Source: a virus (Duplodnaviria > Caudoviricetes). From it: a stretch of 64,000 bases of DNA. The translations under genes and the position numbers were made by a program. The stretch lies in the IMG/VR virus record IMGVR_UViG_2806310546_000001; one strand, written 5' to 3'. How positions within the stretch are numbered: the first letter of the stretch is position 1; each line of letters starts with the position of its first letter. The notes beneath the pieces were generated by a model. It was not told the origin of the DNA, made no database searches, and saw only the letters and a list, made by a program, of their open reading frames with translations. Positions 1 to 8,900 of the stretch are shown here, in pieces.

Positions 1-582
1 TTAGTTTCCCGGAGTAAATGCGCGGTAAGTGCGAGGCTCGTTGCTCCCCACCTGAGGAGCCGCGCAGGCCGCGTACTTCGCGTCCACCCACGCGGCGAAC
101 TCCGGATCCTCGCGGTACCTACGGAGCGTGTCCTCCAGCAACATCACGGTCCGTGGCAGCGGAGGCCAGGGAAGGTTCTTCTCGGCGCGGTACCGAATCC
201 ACTCATCCACCGTGAAGTCGAGCTTGTTCTCATTGCAGGACCTACATGCAGGAGCAAGATTACGGCGCCGGCGAGTTCCTCCCTGGCTGACCGGGACGAT
301 GTGATCGACACAAGTCGCTTCGTCACCGCAGTAAGCGCAATTACCCGACGCTAGGACGTCTCTACGAACTGCAGCGGGGATCCTTCGAGCCTCTCTCTTC
401 GCTCGCACGGCCCTGTCGGCCTGAGCCGCGCGGTAGTCCTTGATGGCCTGGGCTCGTCGCGACGGGCCCAGTTGCCGATCGGACAGGGCTGCGACGACCG
501 ACCCAACGTCCGGATACTCGCCAACCTCAACCAGGTACTTGAACCTCTCGAGCCGCGTAGCGGGGTCACCTTCGAGCAGCAT
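1..582 (-). CDS. HNH endonuclease
   Basis: CAYC...DHIVPVSQGG...NLAPACRSCNENK motif. ATG at 582 overlaps the TGA of the upstream HTH gene (TGATG), so the start is moved from the track's 675. Confidence 0.85.
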   Translation of the reverse strand: MLLEGDPATRLERFKYLVEVGEYPDVGSVVAALSDRQLGPSRRAQAIKDYRAAQADRAVRAKREARRIPAAVRRDVLASGNCAYCGDEATCVDHIVPVSQGGTRRRRNLAPACRSCNENKLDFTVDEWIRYRAEKNLPWPPLPRTVMLLEDTLRRYREDPEFAAWVDAKYAACAAPQVGSNEPRTYRAFTPGN

Positions 583-839
583 CAGGTTTCCCCGTCTCGC
601 AGGTACGGCTGAGCCCAACGGTGCACTGTTGACTGGTCGACCTTCCGAAGCGCCGCGATCCGCGGCCAGGTCCACCCGCGGCGGTACAACTCGGCTGCTG
701 TCCGCCCCTCGATGGCTTTCCGTTCGCTCAACGCCCTGAACGAATCAGCCAGTTCAGCTTCGGTCATGTCGCCGACTTCGATCTCTCCGGTCATGAGCCG
801 CACCAGAGCATGTGTCACCTCGTACTTACGGCCCGTCAC
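582..839 (-). CDS. small helix-turn-helix regulator (Kor-like repressor candidate)
   Basis: C-terminal GWTWPRIAALRKVDQSTVHRW HTH; divergent from the transfer operon. Confidence 0.7.
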   Translation of the reverse strand: MTGRKYEVTHALVRLMTGEIEVGDMTEAELADSFRALSERKAIEGRTAAELYRRGWTWPRIAALRKVDQSTVHRWAQPYLRDGET

Positions 840-863
840 GGGCGGGGATCTTAGGCCATCAAC

Positions 864-919
864 CCGCCTTGCATTTCTGCAAGAGTCAGGCCAGACTAGC
901 CGCCTTGCAGTTCTGCAAG
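864..919. promoter_or_regulatory. twin palindromic operator sites
   Basis: CCGCCTTGCA(T/G)TTCTGCAAG at 864-883 and 900-919; core palindrome CTTGCA-N4-TGCAAG; located between divergent genes. Confidence 0.75.
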
Positions 920-956
920 CAAGCGTCGCCTTGTCAAACCCCGAGGAGCCTCGCCT

Positions 957-1211
957 GTGAGCTCAACACCCGACCTGAGCGTTCTGCCGGGATGCCACGG
1001 TCCAAGCCTTCACTGCGAGGCGTGCGGCAGCCGGGACGGCCTGACCGTTGTGGTCCGCGAAACGAAGTTCGGGCCGGCATGCGCCACCGTCTGCCCTGGC
1101 TGCGCGAAGGCCCGCCCGCACCCGCTGACGGTGTCCGGTGCGCAGACGTTCGCCCTGGATCACGCCCGTCACGTCACACAGGAGAAGGATCGACGGGCGG
1201 GATCGACATGA
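957..1211 (+). CDS. small Cys-rich (zinc finger) protein, first gene of transfer operon
   Basis: CEAC and CPGC pairs; ATGA overlap with next gene. Confidence 0.6.
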   Translation: MSSTPDLSVLPGCHGPSLHCEACGSRDGLTVVVRETKFGPACATVCPGCAKARPHPLTVSGAQTFALDHARHVTQEKDRRAGST

Positions 1212-1972
1212 AAGCCCGGCTCCTCGCGCTGCGCCCGTCCGGCCCGTGGCTGCTTCGTGACGCTCTCCGCGTCGTCCTGGTCGTCCTCCTCGCCGCGGTG
1301 TCTGCCTGGTACCTGACCCGGTGGGGGTTGGCGAACCGGATCCCGGTCGGGTTGGCGTGGACGCTGCCGGTACTGGCTGACGCGTCGGCGCTGCTGGGGA
1401 TCGTGGTGGCGAAGCACCCGCGGGACGAGTCGTGCCGGCGTAAGGCGACCCGGTTCGCGTGGGCATCTGCCGGTTTGTCGGCGGTCGGGAACGGTGCGAT
1501 GCACGCGGTGGATTTCCAGGCCGTCGAGGTGTCCATCTGGACGGTTGTCCTGACCGGCGCCCTGTATCCGCTGTTCCTGGCGTGGGGCTACGACGTGGCC
1601 GGCGGGATGGCCGCGCGGCCGGGCGGGGTGTCGGTACCGCAGGACGTCGAGACGCCAAGGACGGTCGCTGAGCTCGCCAGCGAGCGCGTGACCGAACCCG
1701 CGACTCCGTGGCAAGAGCAGCCGCCTCCCGCGCCCCCCGATCCTGCTCCTGCGGCGGAGGACGCGACCCCGCCGCAGGAGCAGTTCCACGAGTGGACCGT
1801 AGAGGCAGCGACCGACTGGGCGTTGGGCGAGCTCCGCGCCGGCAATGGTCCGGTCGGCTGGAAGAAGGTCCGGACGCAGACGGGGCTGACCGAGGGGCCG
1901 GCCGGGCGTGCAGCTCGAGCGGCGAAGGCGACACACGAGCGTGAGGCCCGTCCGAGGTTGGTGGGCACATGA
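1208..1972 (+). CDS. DUF2637 / Spd-like membrane spread protein
   Basis: Four hydrophobic segments with LAWTLPVLAD and SAVGNGAMHA motifs, Pro-rich linker, HTH-like C-terminus; ATG at 1208. Confidence 0.65.
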   Translation: MKARLLALRPSGPWLLRDALRVVLVVLLAAVSAWYLTRWGLANRIPVGLAWTLPVLADASALLGIVVAKHPRDESCRRKATRFAWASAGLSAVGNGAMHAVDFQAVEVSIWTVVLTGALYPLFLAWGYDVAGGMAARPGGVSVPQDVETPRTVAELASERVTEPATPWQEQPPPAPPDPAPAAEDATPPQEQFHEWTVEAATDWALGELRAGNGPVGWKKVRTQTGLTEGPAGRAARAAKATHEREARPRLVGT

Positions 1973-2184
1973 TTACCGGCTACGTCCTCGGGTGGATGTC
2001 GGCACTTCCGTGCATGTTCGGGCTGACGTGGTGGCTCGACCGCCGTGACGAGAGGCGACGACGGACAACGCTGCGGATCGACCAAACGCCGGTCCCGCTT
2101 CCTGGCGCCTACGAGCCGTGGTCTGAGCGGAGCCTGCCCGGGGTGCGGACCCACACCGTCGTCGACGGGGAGGGGCGGTCGTGA
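1969..2184 (+). CDS. small membrane protein
   Basis: One TM segment; 4-bp overlaps on both sides. Confidence 0.55.
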   Translation: MITGYVLGWMSALPCMFGLTWWLDRRDERRRRTTLRIDQTPVPLPGAYEPWSERSLPGVRTHTVVDGEGRS

Positions 2185-2447
2185 AGGCCGGGCTAATCGC
2201 GGGCCTGTTCGTATGGGCCGCGCTGGCGGAACACGGCGTGGTTGGCGGCATCGCAGGACTCCTCGTTGGCCTGGCCGCCTGGTGGCTAGAAGCGAACATG
2301 TGGCCCGATATCGAGGGCTGCTGGAACCCGTTTTGCCGGAAGGGGAAGCTCAGCTACTCCCCGTTCGTGCCGAAGGCGTACCGCCGGTGCGGGCGCTGCG
2401 GGGGGTCTGGGCGTAGACGGCGGGTGCTGGCGGGTGGCAAGTCGTGA
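2181..2447 (+). CDS. small membrane protein with CxxCxGxG zinc finger
   Basis: Two TM segments then CGRCGGSG; coupled by GTGA overlaps. Confidence 0.6.
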   Translation: MKAGLIAGLFVWAALAEHGVVGGIAGLLVGLAAWWLEANMWPDIEGCWNPFCRKGKLSYSPFVPKAYRRCGRCGGSGRRRRVLAGGKS

Positions 2448-3040
2448 CCGCGCATCCGAGCCGGGACTGGTCCGACAAGGGCGGGTCGTTCACCCAGGGC
2501 CGGACCTGGGACAACCCAGGCGGACCCATGGTCCAGCCGTCCACCGCTGACATTGAGCGTCGGGCACGGGAGGTTCTGGCCCGGTTGGATCCGAGCGCTG
2601 CGGACGTGATGCGGGTTCAGGGCCGGCACGTGTCGGACCGTCTCGCTTCCGATGCGCTGGGGAAACGGGACCACGTGGAGTCGTCCCAGGCGATCTCTGC
2701 TGCCATGCCCCGACGGCCTCACTGGCAGCCGCGCCAGGTCGTCCCGCTCAGCGAGCAGCGGCGGCAGGAGATCGCGACCGCTGGTAGACCGCGAGACGTC
2801 GACTACCCGGGGCGGGGCAGGGAGCTCGCGGATGCGGCGAACGAATCGTGGCGCCACTACTTCTCCGAGCGCTACGGCCTCGCCTTGGACGACGACCTCC
2901 ACCGCGACGCGTGGCTCGAGCAGCAGGCGGTGGAGCCGCGGGAGGACCACTACGCCGGCTCACCGGACTTCGACGACTTCGACATGCCAGGGCAGCGCGC
3001 CGCTGCCGACGAACACGTACAGGAGCAGGTGCAGACATGA
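2444..3040 (+). CDS. hypothetical protein (transfer operon)
   Basis: 4-bp overlaps with both neighbours. Confidence 0.55.
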   Translation: MTAHPSRDWSDKGGSFTQGRTWDNPGGPMVQPSTADIERRAREVLARLDPSAADVMRVQGRHVSDRLASDALGKRDHVESSQAISAAMPRRPHWQPRQVVPLSEQRRQEIATAGRPRDVDYPGRGRELADAANESWRHYFSERYGLALDDDLHRDAWLEQQAVEPREDHYAGSPDFDDFDMPGQRAAADEHVQEQVQT

Positions 3041-3568
3041 CCGAGACCGCGAACAGCAAGGCGATGTGGGATCTCTATCTCATGGCCCGCGACAGCGATG
3101 ACTGGTTCTCGAGCGGCACAGACGCCGCCCACCAGGAGTGGCTGGACTCGATGGGCCACGTCGACGCCGACGTGGACGTGGACGTCCAGTGACCGCGCCG
3201 TGGCACGACGTCGAGGTGGTGTGGCCGGACGGGTCCAAGAGTGAGGACGGGATCCGCGGTTCGGACCGCGACCACGCGCTCGAGAACGCGGAGTGGAACT
3301 GGATCAGCGGCAACCCGTACGGCCGGGCGGAGCGGATCGAGTACGTCGGCCCGTCGCCGACACCGGTGGACTGGTGGGCCGCCCACTCGGTGTCCGCCGA
3401 TGACGAGGTGGATGTGCTGTGAGCGACGAGACGTGGTGGGAGCGGTTCTTCGGCCCCACAGAGCCCGGCGAGTGGACGGGGCCGTGCTGCGTGGAGGTCG
3501 CCCCTGACTCGCCGCCGATCCCGTTCCGGTGGTTCGACCAAGCCGACGGGGATGTGGATACGCGATGA
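3037..3568 (+). CDS. three small acidic, Trp-rich coupled ORFs (3037-3192, 3189-3422, 3419-3568)
   Basis: Unbroken chain of ATGA/GTGA start-stop overlaps read from the sequence. Confidence 0.5.
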
Positions 3569-5289
3569 GGACGACTCACTACCTGGTCATGACGATCGTG
3601 GTCGGCGTGACGACCGCGGTGGTGGCGTGGTCTCAGTACCGGAGCTGGCTCACGGCGCTGGTCGGTCTCGCTGTGGCGGGGCTGGCGGCGGCGGTGTTGC
3701 GTCGCTGGCTGCGCAGGCAGCCGCACCCGCGGTGGGATCAGTTCCGGGACTTCCTCCGGCCCCAGGCCCATTCCGCGCAGACGGTGCTGGACCGGTCGGA
3801 GACGACGCTGCGGCAGCACGGCTTGGCCTCGGATGCCGAGATCCGGGAGCACGGCGGGGAGGCCGCTGTTCTTGCGCTCGCCCCCATCGTCCGTCCCTCC
3901 CTCGCCCACCGATCGGACGTGAAGGTGGAGGAGGTGGCGCTCGAGCTGTGCACCGTGGGGAAACGGAAGGTGTGGTCGTCCATCGAGCAGGTGGTGCTGT
4001 ACTTCGCCGGACCTCGCCGCGGGAAAACTGGATATCTGAACTGCCGGGTCGTGGACTACCCGGGGAGTGTCGTCACCACCTCCACCCGGATCGACGTGTT
4101 CACCGCCACCCACCGTGCCCGTGCTGCTCGAGGACGGGTGCAGGTGTTCAACGCCGGCGGCTTCCCCGGGGTGGACGAGGTAGCGGTCACCTTCAACCCG
4201 CTGACGGGGTGCGAGGAAGCGGAGACCGCGACGCAGCGAGCGGAGGACATGATCCCAGAGTCCACCGGGGAGGAGGAGCGGTGGCAGTCCCTCGCCCGCG
4301 GCGCCCTGTCCTCCCTGATGCATGCGGCGGCTTTGGACGGCCGGGACATGGACACGGTGCAGCGGTGGGTGGCGGCGCCCGGTGAGCACCAGGACGAGGT
4401 GATCCGGATCCTCCGCCGCTCCACCTCGGGTGGGGTGATGGAGGATGCCCGGCAGTTCTTTGAGTGCAACGACAAGACCCGGAGCTCCATCACGACGTCG
4501 GTGATGCCGGCGCTGCGGTGGTTGCAGTCCAAGACGGCGCGTCTCGCGGCGGGGCTGGACGGAGCACAGGCGCGTCCTCTCGACTCGGCTTCTCTCCTGA
4601 CGTCGGTCTCCACCTTGTACGTGCTGGGCCGGCGGGCTGGGCACACCTACCCGCTTATGTCGGCGCTCACCGGCTACGTCGCCCGCGCTGCGCGGGAGCA
4701 GGCGGCGGGGATGCCGTCCGGTCGCTGCGACCCCCCGCTGGGTCTGCTGCTCGACGAGGCCGGGGACCTCCGCCCACCGCTGCCGGACTGGACGCGGGAC
4801 ATGGGCGGGTCCGGCATCACGATCGCCGCCTGCTTCCAGTCGTACGCGCAGATGGTCGGGGCGTGGGGGAAGGAAGGCGCCGCGATCATCCTCAACAACG
4901 CCGGGCCGATCATGCTGGGCGGCGGGACGAAAGACCCCGACGACCTCGCCGTGTGGCGGGACCTCGCCGGCGACCGCGATGACCGCACCACCACCACGGA
5001 CGCGCAGGGGAAGGTGACGGCTGCCGCGATGCGGTCGGTGCCGGTCCTCCCCGCCTCCCAGCTCGCCTCCCAGGCACGAATGGAAGTGGTGTTGTTCCAC
5101 GGCGAGATGCGTCCCGCGCTGGGGCGGACGACGCCGCTGTGGGAGCGGGACCCTTCGGTCGCCTCTCCCCCTCCCCCCTCCGTGGAGGAGGTGGAGTCCC
5201 CCGTGGTGGAGGTGCCGAGGGTGTGGCGTCGTTCCTCCCCTCCTCGTTCTCGCCGTGTTCCGGTGGAGGAGGTGGTGGCGGATGTCTGA
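3565..5289 (+). CDS. type IV coupling protein (VirD4/TraD/TraG-like ATPase)
   Basis: N-terminal TM pair, Walker A AGPRRGKT, VVTTSTRID, FNPL, Walker B LLLDEAG, ACFQSYAQ...WG...ILNN; ATG at 3565. Confidence 0.88.
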   Translation: MRTTHYLVMTIVVGVTTAVVAWSQYRSWLTALVGLAVAGLAAAVLRRWLRRQPHPRWDQFRDFLRPQAHSAQTVLDRSETTLRQHGLASDAEIREHGGEAAVLALAPIVRPSLAHRSDVKVEEVALELCTVGKRKVWSSIEQVVLYFAGPRRGKTGYLNCRVVDYPGSVVTTSTRIDVFTATHRARAARGRVQVFNAGGFPGVDEVAVTFNPLTGCEEAETATQRAEDMIPESTGEEERWQSLARGALSSLMHAAALDGRDMDTVQRWVAAPGEHQDEVIRILRRSTSGGVMEDARQFFECNDKTRSSITTSVMPALRWLQSKTARLAAGLDGAQARPLDSASLLTSVSTLYVLGRRAGHTYPLMSALTGYVARAAREQAAGMPSGRCDPPLGLLLDEAGDLRPPLPDWTRDMGGSGITIAACFQSYAQMVGAWGKEGAAIILNNAGPIMLGGGTKDPDDLAVWRDLAGDRDDRTTTTDAQGKVTAAAMRSVPVLPASQLASQARMEVVLFHGEMRPALGRTTPLWERDPSVASPPPPSVEEVESPVVEVPRVWRRSSPPRSRRVPVEEVVADV

Positions 5290-5836
5290 GTCGCCAGCCG
5301 AGGTGGAGGGGCCCGATCTTCACGCGGAGGTGGAGCGCCTCGCCGGGATGGTGGTGGCGCTCGCCCGCAAGGTGGGGGAGCTCGAGTCCCGGGACGACCC
5401 GTCCGCGGTGCGGTCGTGGCTGTACGTGGACGACGAGGAGACGGCCGGGTTCATGCTGGCCGACCTGTGCGCGTGGGTCGAGAAAGTGTGGTTCCAGTAC
5501 GACGACGCGCGCCGGCTGCAGCCGTGCTGGCTGTACCACCCGGGCATCGTCGAAGAGCTGTGGGTGCTGATGAACGTCCACCGGGGCTGTTTCCGGAAGG
5601 GCGGCTCGTACCAGCAGATGGAGACGTGGCACGCGACCTGGCGGCCGGCCGCTGTTGAGCGGATCCGGAAGTACGCGTCGTCCTGCGAGATCACCGAGCA
5701 CCAGCCTGGCGGCGACCTTGACCCGGCTAGGCACCCGCCCGTCCCTGGCCTGTCTGACGTTGACGCAGTTGCTGGCCGCTGGCCCGAGTCCGACGTGCCG
5801 CCGAGCCCTCCTACCCCTGTATCTCACCCTGTGTGA
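5282..5836 (+). CDS. conjugation-associated protein (DUF4913-like)
   Basis: L.AWV...PCWLYHPGIVEEL...WH pattern, between coupling protein and relaxase. Confidence 0.55.
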   Translation: MSESPAEVEGPDLHAEVERLAGMVVALARKVGELESRDDPSAVRSWLYVDDEETAGFMLADLCAWVEKVWFQYDDARRLQPCWLYHPGIVEELWVLMNVHRGCFRKGGSYQQMETWHATWRPAAVERIRKYASSCEITEHQPGGDLDPARHPPVPGLSDVDAVAGRWPESDVPPSPPTPVSHPV

Positions 5837-5981
5837 CTGCTGACTACCTGTAGTGCACTGCAAGTACGACCGATACACACCTTCGCATCCCGATCCCTAG
5901 GTACTGCGTGCCGCTGTGCGGCAGCGGCCGGGAGGCACACACCGTGACAGCTATTGAGACCACTCAGATCGGATCACGCAG
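5837..5981. promoter_or_regulatory. candidate origin of transfer (oriT)
   Basis: Intergenic, directly upstream of relaxase; inverted repeat GCCGCTG-N5-CAGCGGC (5910-5928) followed by GGCACACACC; nic site not determined. Confidence 0.5.
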
Positions 5982-8900
5982 ATGCTGAGTGTGGGGTTCG
6001 GCCACGACGTCCACTACCTCACTGCCAGCGTCACGACGGGTCGCGAGTCTTACTACACGGGAGCGACCGAGGCCGGTGGTGAACCGCCCGGTCAGTGGTA
6101 CGGCTCTGGGGCCGCGCTTCTGGGGCTCACCGGTGAAGCCAGCACCGAGGCGGTGGAGGCCGTCTACCACCGCCTCCAGGACCCGCGAAACCCGAAAAAC
6201 ACGTTGGGGGCGGCGCACAAGCACTACCGCACCCCGGTGGAGATCCACCGACAGCTGTTGGAGGCGGAGGGGGCGGTCACCCCGGAGCGCCGGCAGGAGC
6301 TGCTGCTGCAGGCGGAGGGGCAGGCGAAGCAGGCGGTGGCGTTCACGGACGTGACCCTGAACTGCCCGAAGTCGATCTCCGTGTTGGGGGTGGCGCTTGA
6401 ACGTGCGGCGGTGGAGGCGGAACGCGGCGGCAGGGAGGAGGAGGCCGCGGGGTGGAGGGTCCAGCACAAGGCGGTGGAGGAGGCAGTGCTTGCTGGCTCT
6501 CGCGCAGCGATCGACTACCTCGAGGAGGTCGCCGGCTACGGGCGGGTGGGGAAGCACGGGGCGGGGGCGGATCGTTGGCAGGACTCCCACCAGTGGGTGG
6601 CGTCCCTGTGGCTGCAGCACGACACCCGTGACCACGACCCGCACCTCCATGTGCACGCCGCGATCCTGAACCGGCAGTTGTGCGCGGACGGCCAGTGGCG
6701 GGGCCTGGACAACATGGCGATCAAGCTCCACCGGGCCGGGGCGTCCGCCATCTCGGAGCGGGTCATCGAGTCGATGCTTGCGCAGACGTTGGGGATCCGG
6801 TTCGAAACCCGTCCGGACGGGAAGGCCCGGGAGATCGTGGGCATCGACCAGGATGTGATGGAGATGTTCTCCAGCCGCCGCCGCGCGATCGGGCCGAAGG
6901 TGGACGAGCTCGTGAAGGCGTTCCGTGAACGTTACGGGACTGAACCGAGCCCCCTGCAGCGGACGCACTTGTCGCAGCAGGCGACGTTGGCGACCCGACG
7001 GGCCAAATCGCATGACGGCGAGTCGTTGGCGCAGCGGCTGGATCGGTGGGAGCAGATGACGCAGCACCGGTTGTCGACGGGGCTGGCGGGTGTGGCGGAC
7101 GCGGTGTTGTCCGCACGGCAGGACGCTGGGCCGGTCGCGACGTGGTCGTCGGAGGATGTGGTCCAGCGGGCGATCGCGAAGGTCGCGGTCGGGAACGCGG
7201 CATGGACGCGTTCGGATCTGATGCGGGCAGTGTCGGACTCGTTGCCGGGGCATCTGGGGCTGGACCCATCGGAGGTGCGCCCGCTGCTCGAGGAACTGAC
7301 CGATATCGCCCTGGCGGAGACTCAGCGTCTGACCCCGACCCCGGACCTGTCTCTGCGGCCGGCGGAGCACCTCCTCGCGGATGGTGGTGACGTGTACGCG
7401 CGGCCGGGGAGCGCGAAGTTCTCGGCCCCTGGGCAGATCCCGGCGGAGGAGCTGCTGAGAGAGGCGGCGGTTGAACGGGGCGCGATGGCCGTGTCGACGG
7501 CGGAGGCGGACGCGCTGATCCAGCGGTACCGCGACCACGGCGTAGACCTAGGCGCAGACCAGGAGGCGGCGCTGCGTGGCGTGTTGACATCGGGCGCGAT
7601 GGTGGAGGCGATCAATGCACCGGCGGGGGCCGGTAAGACTGTGGTGACGGGGGCGCTCGCGCAGGTGTGGGCGGAGCACGGCCGGGCGGTCCTGGGTTTG
7701 GCGCCGAGTCAGGTGGCCGCGGACGTGATGGCCGACGAGGGTGTGCCGGCGGTGAACATCGACCGGTGGCTTCACTCGGCGGATGCCGGTCTTCGGCACG
7801 GGGATGTCGTGGTGGTGGACGAGGCGGGGATGGCGTCGACCCAGCATCTGGTGGCGGTTCGGGAGCGGTGCCGTGAGGCGGGGGCGAAGATGCTGCTCGT
7901 CGGTGACCCGCAGCAGTTGGGCGCCGTCGGCCCGGGTGGGGCGCTGCAGGACATGACGGAGCGTGCGAAGACCTACGAGCTCGCGGAGGTGCGGCGGTTC
8001 TCGCAGCCGTGGGAGCGGCACGCGTCGCTCGGGCTGCGTGACGGGTCGGCGGCGTGTCTGGACGAGTACGACCGGCACGGCCGGATCAGGGGGTCGGGGA
8101 CGCAGGATCAGGCGGAGGCGTCGGCGATCCGGGCGTGGCTGGCGGACACGCTGGAGGGGAAGCAGTCGCTGCTGATGGCCGGGTCGAACGAGGCATCGGA
8201 GCGTATGGCGGGTGCCGCCCGCGCGGAGCTGGTGCGGCTCGGCAAGCTCCCGGAGGAAGGGGTGCGGCTGGGCCGGGACGGGAACACGTGCGGGGTGGGG
8301 GATCTGGTGCAGGCCCGCCGGAACGGGTGGCATCTGGCGTCGTCGTCGGGGGTGCCGATCAACCGGGCCACCTACCGCGTGCAGGAAGTGGAGGAGGACG
8401 GATCGCTGGTGGTGTCGCCGGTGCTGGGCGACAAGCTCGGGGACCCGGTGAAGTTGCCGGCCGACTACGTGAACCAGCACGTGAGTCTCGGCTACGCGGC
8501 GACGGTGCATTCATCGCAGGGCCGGACGGTGCATTCGACGCATTCGGTGGTGTCGCAGGCGTGGTCGACCGCGCTGACGTATGTGGGGATGACGCGCGGC
8601 CGGGAAAGTAATACCGCTTGGGTGGTGACCCGCCCGACCCCGACGGATTCCCCTGCCGGTCAGGCGCAGGAGGTTCACGACCGGCCCGCTCGCGCCGTCC
8701 TGGCGGAGATCTTGGAGCGGGACTCGGTTCAGCGGTCGGCGTTGGCGGAGCGGGACTCGCTGGAGGCTGAGGCGCGGTCAGAGTTCACGGTCGTCGGCCA
8801 GTTGATCGACGGGGTGTCCCGGTCCACGGCGGGCCAGACTTCGACGCTCCTGGACCACCTGACGGCGTCTGGCGCGATCACGGAAGAACAGCGTCGGGAC

